A DNA stretch of 64,000 nt, from positions 186,001 to 250,000 of the forward strand of contig CBFFSA010000012.1 of the NCBI GenBank assembly GCA_965644495.1, in the 5' to 3' direction. The DNA is from Perkinsela sp. CCAP 1560/9 (Eukaryota > Protista > Euglenozoa: Kinetoplastea). A program made the position numbers and the translations under genes. Below, one piece after another: positions 46,395 to 58,781 of the stretch. Under the pieces are notes generated by a model that was not told the DNA's origin, searched no databases, and saw only the letters and a program-made list of their open reading frames with translations. How positions within the stretch are numbered: position 1 is the stretch's first letter; each line of letters starts with the position of its first letter.

Positions 46395-46584
46395 ACAAAC
46401 AAGTCCAAAGGACCTCACTACTCCAATCGTAGTGGAAACAGAGCCGTAAAAGGCCTCGGATCTTAAAATCCGGAACGTAGAACAAGTCCGAAGGACCTCA
46501 CCACTCCAATCGCAGTGGACATAGAGCCATACAAGGCCTCGGATCATAAAATCCGGAACACAAAGTCCAAAGGACCTCACTACA
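46395..46584 (+). repeat. Array of ~83-bp structured repeat units (right)
   Basis: GGACCTCA at 46410, 46493 and 46572. Confidence 0.85.
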
Positions 46585-47683
46585 CAAAAGAAAACGTTTC
46601 ACCGAGGAGTCCGCCGTTCTCCGTACTACGAGGCGGTCGCATTTCGAAAGTAGACAACTTAAAAAAAACCTAAGACATAATTCGCAATGAGAAAAAAATA
46701 CGCTCCATGCTGATAGCGTCGTGTAAAAATCAAATATACAGATATTCAATAACCAATACAGTATTCAAATTCAAGGTATGGAGAAATAATCCATAACCGT
46801 TAAAAGGCATACATGTATGACAATTACATGTTGTAACTAAAATTTCTCCCTCACACTTCGTCGCAATTGGCGACAACGCCGGGCTTGGGACCGGTAACAA
46901 GCGTGTTTATGAAGTCCGGGATAATGTACTTTTCGTGAAATATTTCAAAAAAAAATGCCTTTTTTTCATGTATTTTTGACCCGTTACTCATGTGGGGGGC
47001 TCCACATGTGAAAAAAATACGGGAAACGTTCCACTTTTTTGAGATCTGTCGAATGGGGAAAGAATTAAGTCAAAAGCTCTCACGGTGTACTTTGTGGCCT
47101 GGGGGGCCGACAATGTGGCCTGGACTGTATTTTTCCTGGAGCACTGCGCTTGCAAAACATCTCGGGACATCTTATCCCGATGAGGCCGTTTCTTTTCGCT
47201 TTCCCGGGGAGGATATCCCGCGCTTTTCCCTGTGTCGCCGCGGAAGGCGAAAGTGTCCAGCAGGAAAGGTTGATTGCGTTTACCCCCGCTGGGCCCAAAT
47301 ATCTCTACAGGTACTGCCCTGTATGAACAATGACAGAAATGCAAGGCAAATTGTATGGTGGACCGAATTCAGCGATAAATAAGGGATCACCATACTACCT
47401 CTTTCCATGTACGATAGATTCCATGTACAATTTTGTATTCGATTATCCATGTTATGATTTTTCGATAGCAGAGTCATGTGATGTTTCAAGGAATCCTAAA
47501 GTCCTTCCGGGCCAGATCCATCCCCTGTGTCTTCATACAATTGCTCCAAAATCTCAGTTCAAATTGCTCAGTTCAATTGCTCTCGTTAAATAGTAGTTTC
47601 AACAAAATTTGGTTTTCTCAACAAAATAATTCGAGTAGTATTTCAACGGCTCTAAAACAATTCTTTTTTTATATGCAACTACA

Positions 47684-48649
47684 ATGTTCAATCTGATACT
47701 GGTTTGTTTTATTTTTGCAGTAGACGATTCTCCGCAGCCACCTCCGCAAAAGCGACGAAAATTCGGTAGCAAAGTTAGCTCGGTTACAATGTCCGAAACT
47801 GACATGATGCGTCGGCTCGTCCAATATGTCGAGGGCCAGCCTCCAACATGGAAAAAGCGGCCTTGCGCATGTTCTTGGAAAGGAGTGAAGTGTAACGGTG
47901 AGTCTCAAGTCACACACCTTCAGTGGAAGCGCTTCGGTCTCTCTGGAAATCTCACATGGCAATTCCTGCCTCCACATGTAGTAGAGGTTAACGTGCAACG
48001 TGATATGTACAGGGATCCAACAAAACTGGAAGGGGCATTATCCTCCACCGATTTGACCGCCCTAATGGAGTACTTTAATGTTGAAGAGCATCACCATCAC
48101 GGAGTATTCGGATTCACAACACTTCCAGCACCGATGAAAATCCTCATTCTATCAAAGAACCGATTGGAGGGTCCCGTCGATCTCACTCAGCTGCCCCCTA
48201 ATATTGAACAAATTCGTGCTGACCGCAATTTATTTGATGGCACGATAGACCTTTCTGCACTGCCTGCAAGAATGTCTCAGCTTTCGCTAAGTTTTAATCA
48301 ATTAAGTGGTACGCTTGATCTTGTACACCTTCCGTGTACAATGCACAAGCTTTACCTCGGATTCAACAAGTTTGAAGGGAAACTGGATGTCTCTTCACTT
48401 CCCTCAAGTCTAGGAATTCTTAATGTTTCGAATAATGAACTCGAGGGAGATGTGGATTTTACAGCATCAGGTTTAAAAGAAAAGTATATTCACCTGGATG
48501 GCAACGCCATTGAGGCTGTGATTTACGAAAAAGGGGCTTCTAGAAGCCGTCATGAAATGGACAGTTCTGTAACCAGATATACCCCAGAAAGCTACGCACT
48601 CAGAAAAATACGAAAATTTCACATAAATCCGAAAGCGATGGACAGTTAA
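47684..48649 (+). CDS. LRR protein, triplicate copy 3 (C-terminal frameshift relative to copies 1 and 2)
   Basis: 321-aa ORF; extra base near 48605 changes the last ~15 residues. Confidence 0.9.
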   Translation: MFNLILVCFIFAVDDSPQPPPQKRRKFGSKVSSVTMSETDMMRRLVQYVEGQPPTWKKRPCACSWKGVKCNGESQVTHLQWKRFGLSGNLTWQFLPPHVVEVNVQRDMYRDPTKLEGALSSTDLTALMEYFNVEEHHHHGVFGFTTLPAPMKILILSKNRLEGPVDLTQLPPNIEQIRADRNLFDGTIDLSALPARMSQLSLSFNQLSGTLDLVHLPCTMHKLYLGFNKFEGKLDVSSLPSSLGILNVSNNELEGDVDFTASGLKEKYIHLDGNAIEAVIYEKGASRSRHEMDSSVTRYTPESYALRKIRKFHINPKAMDS

Positions 48650-50162
48650 CGTGACTACGTTTCTCGTTTCCTCTTATTTACGTTTTTCTTTACGTTGTTT
48701 CAGTTTATAGTTGTTTTCAGCTCAATATTAGCTCTACACTTCAAAGAAACGAGTTCATTCCCGAATCTCACGTGGTGTACTCATCGACAGACTGTGTTCC
48801 TATCCTACATAAGTCATACCGTGTCATTGTATGCTTGTTGTCTCAGAAACTCCATTGAAACCTTGGTGGTACGTTGGATAGAATCAAAAATGACATCCAA
48901 CCCAAAAATCGAGATTATTAGTGTCGGCCAATGAGACAACAGTCAAACAATTACGATCTGAACGCAAGCAAGAGTGTACTAACACGATGAACAGGTTTTG
49001 CAAACGTTGCCGCATTGTTATTGAGCGAAACGCATCCTCTTGTTGGTATTACGGATAATTTTTGACCCATTGTCAGTTTTTGAATTTACAAATCGTATTT
49101 TTGACCCTTCGATCAAAGGGGGGTACTCCCAACCCCCTCGGAAGCTGCTTATCCTAAAATATACAACTCTGCGAGAGCTCTCGAATGCGCTATTATTTTT
49201 CAAAATTCGACAATTTTTACGAATTTTAGGCCCCCCCACCATAGGATTTTTCACTCCTATTTAAAGGGCTATTATAAGTGTATATTGCGGTGGTTGTATA
49301 ACTACCGCTCTACCCTCGATTATTGAAAAAAAAGTGAACAAAAACAGTGAAAATAAACCCCCCACAGCGAAAAGTCACCCCCCTCTAACTTTTCAGCCAA
49401 GTGTCCGTTTGAGCTCATTTTTGTTGCATTTTGCTGTTCCCAACACAAAGACTTTGCGCGTTATAGCATGGAACCAAGGCTCTCAAATGCGTGCATCCGA
49501 TAGATGGATTATCACTTTCTTCACATTTTTCAAGAGCAATTTCTCACACTTTAACAAAATAAATATTCTCCTCCCATGAGAAATTCAATTATTCTTGTCC
49601 GTTTTTGCTGATTTTTGTTGCGAACGAGAGATCTCGTTCTCCTAGCAAAGATCTTTGCCGCTATTTTTTAATATTGACCCACTTGTGCCCCCTGGCCGCG
49701 GAGTGTTTGTTTTCTTAAATTAGTGTGGTATGACGATGCAAAAAAATAGAACCTAAAAACAATTTTTTTTTCAGTTTCTAGAATGATCTAAAAATGATGG
49801 GAACGTGTAGATCTCAGAATTTTGAACGAGAAAATGATATCTTAACCCCCTTAGGCCCCTTCAAGCAAAAAGTAAAGGGGACAGCTTAAAAAAGTTGATT
49901 TATCACCGTTTCAAGAAAGAACCAATCAAAGACAAATATTCCACCACGTGACAAATTGAATGTTTGTTATCTGTTTTTGATCATTTTTGTTGCAATCGAG
50001 AGATCTCGTTTCCCTAGCGAAGATCTGTGACACCATTTTCATGTTACCCCCTTCTCCCCCCCCTTGGTCGAGGAACATGAGATTTTTCGGGTAATATTGG
50101 CATGACTATGTAAAAACGTCATTAAAAAATGAGTTTTAATTTGTTATCTGTTAAGAGGTCAC

Positions 50163-50464
50163 GGTGGCCTCCGTTAAGGACCACTAGACGTGTCCCTCGC
50201 TGCCTGCGTTTACGGCTCTCCGCACCTGACGGTCGCCCAGCTCTCCGCACTTCGGCTCTGTCGCAGCTCTCTGCACCCGGATTGCCCCCCAAACTGTAAT
50301 ATGGGGATTACGCATCCGACTCTCCGCACCTGCACATGACAACCGAGCTCTCTGCACCCATTCTCCTCCAGCGAGGGCAAATCCTCACGTGATCCACCCG
50401 TCGTATGCGGGTAAGGACAATGTGAGGCAAATCTCTGCACTCTAAGTGCATGAATAAACAACAA
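50163..50464 (+). mobile_element. 5'-truncated SINE-like copy D of the SL-headed family
   Basis: GGTGGCCTCC-AGGACCAC, CACCCGTCGTATGCGGGT and ATCTCTGCAC-GTGCATGA-ATAAACAACAA match copies A-C; middle made of CTCTCCGCAC repeats. Confidence 0.7.
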
Positions 50465-51121
50465 GTGATATCAGTGATATCTTTGTATTGTCATTGCCCC
50501 CGACTTGTCCCCGCTTTCGTATCTTGGTACTAGGTGACATATCCTCTCATCGAATGTAAAAAGAGGATATGTCACCTAGGAGGACAAGTGAGGGGGGGTG
50601 ACGGTAAGAAGAAATACAAAATAAACATACTTGCAAGTAAACGAGGGCACGGGTTAGCATGCCTATATCATCATATCATGCTCCCCCGGCACGTTATCGT
50701 GAAATGGGGTCTTATAACATGCCCCCCCCTTCTGATTTGCTCGGCGAGGCCGAGCCTTTTTTTTGGTACTATATATTTCCCTCTTGTTTCTTTAATCTTT
50801 ATTTATTTTAAGCCTCTCTTCAGGAAGCTGCTGATGAAGATGTTGAGCTACTGATAGTAGAGTTCTCCGACCTAAGTTCGATGGACACTCTAGGTTCGAT
50901 GGACATCGTTGGGTCTTTCCCTCGCCTAGGATACACAAATCATGAGCATATCTCTGTCCCGGGGGTCGCATACTCTTTTGTTCCCCCAGAGGTCGCAACA
51001 GCGCCGACATTAACTTCCCCAAGCCCATCTGTACCAACAGACCCAAATGGAAGAGCCTATGTTTGTACTATACAGGAGTGGATTCAGATAACAAAGTCGG
51101 GAATAATTGAAACCATGAGTA

Positions 51122-51565
51122 CCGTTACCCCCCCTTAGATATCCTAGTACGCTACTTATCCTCTTTTGTGGTGAAACCTCTGGGTCACGAGAGGATAAGT
51201 AGCGTACTAGTTTACAGAGAAAATTTTCAGAATTTTTTCTTAAAAAAAATCAGTAGTAAATTTTTTAAGAGTTGTGCACAGTTGTATTCAGAATAGAAAT
51301 ACATCGATAGATACATGAGCGTGTACAAAAACAATTATGTTCACCATATAATATAGTATACTATTCTATACTACCATACAATATAGTATAGAACACATCG
51401 GAGCGGTTGTATCGTGCTAAAAACACTTTTGGCGCAAAGGTCGCTCGAACTTCTTCTAGTACGCTACTTATCCTAGTATGCTACTTATCCTAGTACGTTA
51501 CTTATCCTCAAACTGTCCATTTCGGAGACGGAATGCGGGATATCTAAGGGGGGGGGGGGTAACGG
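51122..51565. mobile_element. pogo-like MITE
   Basis: CCGTTACCCCCCCTTAGATATCC / GGATATCTAAGGGGGGGGGGGGTAACGG, TA TSD; CTAGTACGCTACTTATC repeats. Confidence 0.8.
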
Positions 51566-52227
51566 TAAGTAAGTGAAGTTGGATATAAATAAATAATTTA
51601 ACAGCGAGGTCAAAACCAATTTTTGTGTCGATTGCTTTCCTTATTTTTTTAAACGAAGGTTCAGAAATTTAGCATGCCTGTAACACCATAACATGCCTGT
51701 AGCACCATAACACGCCCCCCCCCGGCATGTTAACCTGTAACGCCGTTTATAGTATAACGCAGGTATAACGTGTAGGTAGCGAGTAAGTACTGGGAAAAAA
51801 AATCAATAACGTACAAATTTCGATGGATATAATTTCGATGGATATTTTTTATGTGGTCATTCAGACTCCCCCATTTTGAGCGCACCTCGTTTTTCATAAA
51901 AGGTTTCATAAAAGAGGACAGTAAATGTTTCAATGGAGATACATCGGGAGATGTACATCGGGGAGTGTAACAGTAATTCTATCAATACATCAGTCAGCGT
52001 ATACTCTGTCTAGAAGACGAAGAATAGGTTACATTTTCTTTTGAAATATTTTGTTTTTGTGCCACCGTTTCTTTTTGCCCGACGAAGCAACGCAGATCCT
52101 TTTCTTTTCTACTTTTATAGTCATACCCCATCATAAGTCGAAAAATGCATTCAAGAAAGGCCGCCGTATACAATACGGCTCCGCAACATCACATCGGGTA
52201 AGTCACAATGTGGTAGGCTCCTAAGTA

Positions 52228-53754
52228 GTGGAAAAATGTCACTCAATGCTTTATAATGTACTGAATGTTACTGCGTTCCGCATTCCATCGTGCACGGCCG
52301 TGTGCGCTTTGGCCAGAGATGCTCCTTCCAGAAGCGCATATTCACAAGCAGGTTCTGGGTTAAGAAAATCATCAGTCACGCTTGCCCGTTCCCTTTCTAT
52401 GCCGAATAATTTGAATGGATGTGTCGTACCTAGGACTTTTTTACCCGGACTCAACTTGCACATTCATAAAACATTGTCCTATCGTCTGTTATCCTTCGGG
52501 GAAAAAGAAACTCTGCAACGGCGGCTCAGACGGCTCGCAGGGCATAAGGTCACTCAAAATGATTTTATGCGACAGGCGCTGAGAAGATGTCTTGGACTTG
52601 AGCGGGCGTATAGTTCCTTTATCAAGTCACGTCTGTGCGCAAAAGTGAGCATATTTTTCTCCAGTAACTGTTTGCCTAACCGTACTGTGCCACGATTCTT
52701 GAATCAGCAAACAAGGCGAGATGGTGCTCGAGCTTATGAGTTCTTGCCTGTTATGGGTCGTCATAAAGGGGTAGAAAAACATGGAAAGGCAGGAACCAAT
52801 ATAACAGAACCAACATCTATGTATGCTTCCTTACCACATTTACGTACAGTTTCCGTGCTGGGTGACATCAGCGTATCTACTCACAACAAAATAACAATAA
52901 GGAGAAGATGCACATTGCTTAATAAAACGTCATCTGGAATCCATTTTCCCTCCAATAATTGGCTGAATGGACTTACGGTTCAACGCATAAAACCAAAAAT
53001 TCACCGGATGCGCAATGTTTTCTGCTCTATTTCTCACGAAACAGAACTTGCTGCGGTTGTAACGTGGCGAAGTTCAAAGTCCTCTGGATCTTGTCAAATA
53101 GTGAAGCATCTAGAATGCTTTGGAATTGATATCATCGACCTATCGCGTATCATATCGTTAAACAGTGATACTTCTCGACGTCGAAAGTTTATTTTTCGAT
53201 ATGTACCACTAAGTCAGCACCATGGTATAAATTCGCTGCTCAAAGCCGAAAACGCCCAAATCAAGCATTTGGCGTCTCATTTGAACAAGCCCGATGCGAA
53301 CCTCCCGTGGTACAGCATACTAATTGCGGCATACTTCGGGCTAAATGAGGCGATTTCTAAGGCACTGCAGCGTGCAGTACTTATTCCTGTCAATGACGCC
53401 CTATCGGAAGTTCGCATCACTCCACAGCTCTTCAATATTTTAGACGTGAATCCAAAGCGCAGAATGTATTCTGAACCAGATTCTCTTCTCAACACTTTTC
53501 CATCGAATGTGCGCATTACACCATCCTGTAGGTCTAAGACAAGTGACCCCAATGATTGGAAATCTTTAAGCTTGGAATGTGAACCGAGCAACCCGTCCAG
53601 CTCAACAATCTGGAATCATCTGCCCGTGCGATTCAGTGAACTTGACCCAACGTTGAAGTACACGACTTGTGAGGTCTTCTTTTCAATCATCGCACCTTCC
53701 GAAGCAACTTACAATGCACCGCTGCATGTGATGGTTGTCGTTCGCATTCAGTAA
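52228..53754 (+). other. Long open frame (508 codons) with no recognisable domain; possibly non-coding or the shadow of a decayed minus-strand element
   Basis: GTG start, 5' third lies in a duplicated repeat, no motifs recognised. Confidence 0.25.
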
Positions 53755-54529
53755 AATATGACAAAGACATGCGCTGATGGCATTTCGCCCACTCTGGAGA
53801 ATTATTTACTCGTAATTGACGAGAGATCTGACTTTCAGGTGGGTCTTACGGTCCGGGCGGCAGCGAAATCCTTTTTTTTTTGTAATCATATCTTTTGTGG
53901 GATGAGTATATGTCCACTAAGAACTCTTTCAACTCCACCGTCTATGGCGAGTCCAAAAAAATTAGCTCCATCTAATAGATTATATGGTTCGTCGAATGTC
54001 TTCCCAGATCATGTCAGCAACTCGGCGTTCATTGATATGAAATTCGAGAGGAGAAAGAAGGATCGATGCAGTTTCTGAAGGATGTAAGTCGGGAGGAAAT
54101 TCTTGGAATAAATGTTTTACGCACTCGAGGAATCCTTCCGTAAAAAGATTGCTGTGAGCTGCAAAGCATGGAGTGCTTCGGATAGGAACTCCTCTAGCGA
54201 CTTAGGATTTGTAACTTCAGTGGTGTCTTCCATCCCCTGCTGCGCCTTAGAGCAGCACTCTTCCAAATGTTTGTAACAAAAAAACGCTCACTTGCTAGGG
54301 TCACCCATCATATCCAATACTGGCTATGTAGCACCTTCGATGAATATTCATCGAAGGTGCGGCACAGATCTACACGCGCAAGTCAGCGAGTGCCTTTTCA
54401 AATACGGCACCTCAAAGTACACTCCTCTTCTCATTAATTTCTATTGCGGTGAAGCCAGGTCACCGCTCCCCTTTAATCGAATGCGTTCCGTAGCCAAGGT
54501 ATTAATAAAACAAAGCAAAAAAAAATAAT

Positions 54530-55950
54530 AACTTGTTTTCCCGACAACCCAGGGCGCTCCAGCTGAGGAGCGTGGACAAGCCCCTTCCCCCGAAAATTTA
54601 GCAGAGCTCCTTGGGAGGGGGTCCTTACGTAAACTGTACGCACTCCAATACCCGGCTTGGAAGGAATACACTGCCGGTGTATGCCATGATTTTATTAACA
54701 AGTCAGTGGAGGGCAAGGTCGAGATAGCCTGGAACCTCCTCCTCGCCGTTAAACGTTTCCTTTTTCTCCCCGAGGACAAGCTGTCGCAACGCCAGCTAGC
54801 GCGCGAACTTAGAATGCGTGCCATTTAGAGGGTTCGGAGACCTTGGCTCCATCCCCGAGTCAGGCCAACGGCCCCCCGTGGTCTGTCAAAAAACGGGTCG
54901 AGGAATTGTGCAGGGAGGGTTGCTTCTCCAGGGCGGCCAAAACGATGGAGGCGCCCCTCAATCCTCCGGCCAACCCCACTGCGGCCCTAGAACAGGCAAA
55001 ACGTCTATACCCCACAGGCGGGCCCTACACTGCGGGGAAATTCAGGTACAATAGGGGCCGACACGGAACCCTACCCTCCCCCGCCGATGTGGCCAGGAAG
55101 GCCCAAAGCCTGGCCCCTATCCGCGCCCCCGGACCTACGGGATGGACCAAGGAACTGCTTGTCCCAGTCCTCATGGAAGATGGATCCCGCGACTGTGTCA
55201 CGTGGATAATCCACGGGATAATGACCAACTCCCCCCCCCTCAATGAGGGAACTGCTCACGGGGGCATCCTTAAAACTATTCACCAAACCGGACTCCCCGG
55301 CGGGGCACCACTCTTCCTACAGGCCCATTGCCATGGGAGAGTGCATCCTCAAGGTGGCGGGGCTCCTTGCCCTGGAGAAAATCCGGGAACATCTCCCCAC
55401 TTACTTTCAGGGCATCCAGTTTGGAGCCCAATACACGCAGCGGTGTGAGCACATAATTTATAATGTGCGACAGCACTTCAGGGACAGGCCGAAGGAGGTC
55501 ATCGTGGCTGCAGACCTCGAGAACGCTTTTAATAGCATCTCACGGTCGGCAATTTTTAGGGCGGTGAGGGGGGATTCGAAACTTCTCCCCATTGAGGGCA
55601 TCACCCTTTTCATCTACGGCACCACAAGTATCCTTCAACTTGGGGAAGGCCAATGCATCACGAGCTCAAGGGGGGTCAAGCAAGGTGACCCCATGGCTCC
55701 CATCCTATTTGCCATAGGGATCCAGGGGGCAATCGCCAGAGTGGCGGCCAACTTCACAGGCACGCTGAAGGTCTGGGCGTACCTGGATGACGTCACCTTT
55801 GCTGGTGAAGCCCTAAAGGCCCTCCGCGAGGAGCTGAAACATCTTGGGCTACGGTTAAATACCGCTAAATGCAAAGTAGCTACCAGACGCGAGGACCTCT
55901 TCTCCGAGTTCTCCGGATCTCGCAAGATCGATACCTCAATCTTAAATTAT
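54530..55950 (+). mobile_element. CRE-clade retrotransposon RT fragment, frameshifted and 3'-truncated
   Basis: APGPTGW, YRPIAMGE, QFG, DLENAFNSISR, GVKQGDPMAPILF, AYLDD, GLRLNTAKC. Confidence 0.85.
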
Positions 55951-55991
55951 TCTTAGATCTTCCTTTCCCTTTTTTTCCACTCTACCCACCC

Positions 55992-58781
55992 ATGCGACGC
56001 CTCCCTTGCTCCGCGGCACGCACCCTCTCCCGATCCCGTTTCCTCGGGACCCGCACTTCTTCCGCTTCTTCTCCCTTCCCCTCTGCCTCCCTCTCCGCTC
56101 AACCCCTCACGATGAGCTCCGAGTCTTCTGCTTCTGCTTCTTCTCCTTTATGTGTCACCTCTGCTCGGTTTCATTCTACCACGAGTACTACAACAACAAC
56201 AAACGTAGACGCAACCCCCACGAACAGCTCCAAGACCAAGAAGGTAGAAAATACAAAAACTCAAGAAACTCAAAACGATCAAGAAGAAAACAAAACAACC
56301 AATGAAAGGGAAGACAAAATGAAAACTGAAAATGCGAATGAATCCGTGACCGATAAAACGGGAACCCCAAACACAACAACTTTGGGTGACACCGAAAGCG
56401 AGACCTTACCGAATCCGGAGTTTACGAATGAGAGCGTCGTGGAGCCGTTTGAGGATTCCGATGGGTTTGCGGAGTCCAATGCGAAGGCTTCTGAAGATAC
56501 GGACAAAGCCTCGGAGCTGGATCTGAGTGCGTTGCGCGAGACTGAGGTGGTCACGGGGAGTGCGGAGGAGATGACGTTTAAGGCGGAGACCCGGCAGTTG
56601 TTGGATATCGTCGCCTGCAGTCTGTACTCCGACAAGGAGGTATTTGTGCGGGAGCTGATCAGTAATGCCTCGGATGCGCTGGAGAAACGACGACACTTGG
56701 AGCTGAGTGAGCCGGAGAACTATGCCCGGGAGGATACGGATGAGACCCCGGGGGTGGCGATTTATGCGAAACAGGCGAAAAACCAGTTTGTGATTGTTGA
56801 CACCGGGGTGGGGATGGGTAAGGAGGAGTTGGTGAATTGTCTCGGCACGATTTGCAGCTCCGGATCTCGGGCGTTTCTCAACCAGCTAAAGGAGAAAGGA
56901 GAGAGCACGAAGACCATGGAGAGTATTATTGGACAGTTCGGGGTCGGGTTCTATGCCGCCTTTATGGTTGCAAAGAACATTAAAGTGTACTCCCGGAGTG
57001 CGGCAAAAGGCTCGAAAGGGTATTTGTGGGAATCTGATGGTCACGGGTCTTATCGTATCACGGAATGCGAGGGTGTCGCTAAAGGGACCAAGATTGTGCT
57101 TGAGATGAAGGACACCGAACTCGCGTTCTGCACCCCAACGGTCGTGGAGCGTATCATTAAAAAGTACTCCAACTTTATCTCATTTGACATCACATTGAAC
57201 GGAAACCGTATCAACACGGTCAAAGCGCTTTGGATGAAAAACAAGAGTGAAGTAAGTGAGGAGGAGCACAACGACTTTTACAAGTTTGTGAGCGGAGCTT
57301 ATGACACTCCTCTGTTTAAGCTACATTACTCCATTGATGCCCCGTTAATGATTCACTCCTTACTTTATGTCCCACAGACCCATGCGGAGAAATTTGGCGG
57401 TGGGCGTCAAGAGTGTGCGGTGAATTTGTACTGTCGCAAAGTGTTAATCCAAAGTAAGGCGAAGAATGTGATCCCCGAGTGGTTACGGTTTCTGAAGGGT
57501 GTCGTCGACTGCGAGGACCTGCCGTTGAACATTAGCCGCGAGCACACCCAAGACAGTGCGTTAATTCGCAAGCTCAGCGCTGTGATCACCAAACGTGTAC
57601 TGAAATGGCTGGACGAGGAGAGCCGTCGGGACGCGACCCAATACGAAAAGTTTATCAAAGAATTTGGGTTCTTCTTAAAGGAAGGAGTGTGCACCGACAC
57701 GGTCAACAAAATGGAGATTGCGAAACTGCTGCGCTTTGAGAGCAGCCATGGGGATACCCCCGGGGTGTTGTCGAGTTTGGACCAGTACATTGATCGTATG
57801 CCCGCGAACCAGACCCATGTCTACTACCTCACCGTGCCCTCGCGGGATACCGCAATGGTCAGCCCGTATTACGAGCAGTACAAACTCCATAACCTGGAGG
57901 TCCTAATTCTCACGGAGCACATTGACGAGTTTGTTGTGCAGCACCTGGACAGCTACCGGAAGTATAAAATGCAAAACATTGAGACGTTTGATGCCAATCT
58001 CGATGGCGCCGTGCAGGCCAAGAAGAAGATTGACGGGGATAAGGCAGAGACGAACGTCCAGCCCGAGCTCTCGGAGACCCAATGCAGCGCTCTGGCGGAT
58101 TTCTTCACGAAGCGCCTGCTGGGGAAAGTGGGCATGGTAAAGGCCACGCACCGCCTCTCGAGCAGCCCGATTGTTCTTGTCGATCACGAGAACGCGCAGA
58201 TTCGTAAGATGATGAAACTGATGGGAAAGCAGGACGCCCCGAACTTGAAGTACAACATCCATTTTAACCCGAAGCACAGTTTAATCCGGAAGCTCTACAC
58301 GCTGACACAGAGCACTGGAAGTTCGGACATAGAGCTGGCTGGACTTCTGGCCGAGCAGCTGTTTGACAATGCGCTAATCTCCGCCGGGCTATGTGATGAC
58401 CCACGAACCATTGTGCAGCGGTTAAATGCTATGATGTCGAAAATGGTCGAAAAAGTCGCAGAGCCCTCGGAGGTTTCGCAGCAAGAAGAAGTTCGCGGCG
58501 AAACCGGGGCAAAGGAAACGAATGACGAAAAAGATCTTGAGAAAGAAACCGCTGCAGCAAAAAATGTAGGAAAGGAAGCCTCGGAGGTTTCGCAACAAGA
58601 AGAAGTTCGCGGCGAAACCGAGGCAAAAGAAACCCAAAACGAAAAAGATCTTGGGAAAGCAACCGCTGAGGCAAAAAATGCAGGAAAGGATGCAGCAGAG
58701 AAAAAACAGGCAGGTGGAAAGTCAACAACGTCAGAAAAGAAAGGGGCAAAGGGTCGAGGGCAAAAAGGAAAGAAGGAATAA
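55992..58781 (+). CDS. TRAP1: Mitochondrial HSP90 family chaperone (TRAP1/HSP75)
   Basis: Arg/Ser-rich presequence MRRLPCSAARTLSRSR; FKAETRQLLDIVACSLYSDKEVFVRELISNASDALEK, IIGQFGVGFY, DLPLNISRE; no MEEVD or ER-retention tail. Confidence 0.93.
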   Translation: MRRLPCSAARTLSRSRFLGTRTSSASSPFPSASLSAQPLTMSSESSASASSPLCVTSARFHSTTSTTTTTNVDATPTNSSKTKKVENTKTQETQNDQEENKTTNEREDKMKTENANESVTDKTGTPNTTTLGDTESETLPNPEFTNESVVEPFEDSDGFAESNAKASEDTDKASELDLSALRETEVVTGSAEEMTFKAETRQLLDIVACSLYSDKEVFVRELISNASDALEKRRHLELSEPENYAREDTDETPGVAIYAKQAKNQFVIVDTGVGMGKEELVNCLGTICSSGSRAFLNQLKEKGESTKTMESIIGQFGVGFYAAFMVAKNIKVYSRSAAKGSKGYLWESDGHGSYRITECEGVAKGTKIVLEMKDTELAFCTPTVVERIIKKYSNFISFDITLNGNRINTVKALWMKNKSEVSEEEHNDFYKFVSGAYDTPLFKLHYSIDAPLMIHSLLYVPQTHAEKFGGGRQECAVNLYCRKVLIQSKAKNVIPEWLRFLKGVVDCEDLPLNISREHTQDSALIRKLSAVITKRVLKWLDEESRRDATQYEKFIKEFGFFLKEGVCTDTVNKMEIAKLLRFESSHGDTPGVLSSLDQYIDRMPANQTHVYYLTVPSRDTAMVSPYYEQYKLHNLEVLILTEHIDEFVVQHLDSYRKYKMQNIETFDANLDGAVQAKKKIDGDKAETNVQPELSETQCSALADFFTKRLLGKVGMVKATHRLSSSPIVLVDHENAQIRKMMKLMGKQDAPNLKYNIHFNPKHSLIRKLYTLTQSTGSSDIELAGLLAEQLFDNALISAGLCDDPRTIVQRLNAMMSKMVEKVAEPSEVSQQEEVRGETGAKETNDEKDLEKETAAAKNVGKEASEVSQQEEVRGETEAKETQNEKDLGKATAEAKNAGKDAAEKKQAGGKSTTSEKKGAKGRGQKGKKE
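58464..58692 (+). repeat. 114-bp tandem duplication in the TRAP1 C-terminal tail
   Basis: SEVSQQEEVRGET-AKET-EKDL-K-TA-AKN-GK-A twice. Confidence 0.9.

Noticed and set aside
41151-46584. CRISPR-like array or hammerhead ribozyme repeats
   Set aside because: Units repeat in full with no unique spacers, there are no cas genes, and the GTCC-GAA-GGAC stem lacks the CTGATGA/GAAA core
52228-54360. Intact gene on either strand or stop-codon reassignment
   Set aside because: The minus frame has weak Ulp1/MULE-like hints (LLEGKWIPDDVL, FCYKHL) but contains TGA, TAA and TAG; long genes elsewhere read normally with the standard code
55869-55991. RT-TRAP1 fusion or extended TRAP1 N-terminus
   Set aside because: The upstream start lies in a different frame of the CRE fragment; the ATG at 55992 begins a typical mitochondrial presequence
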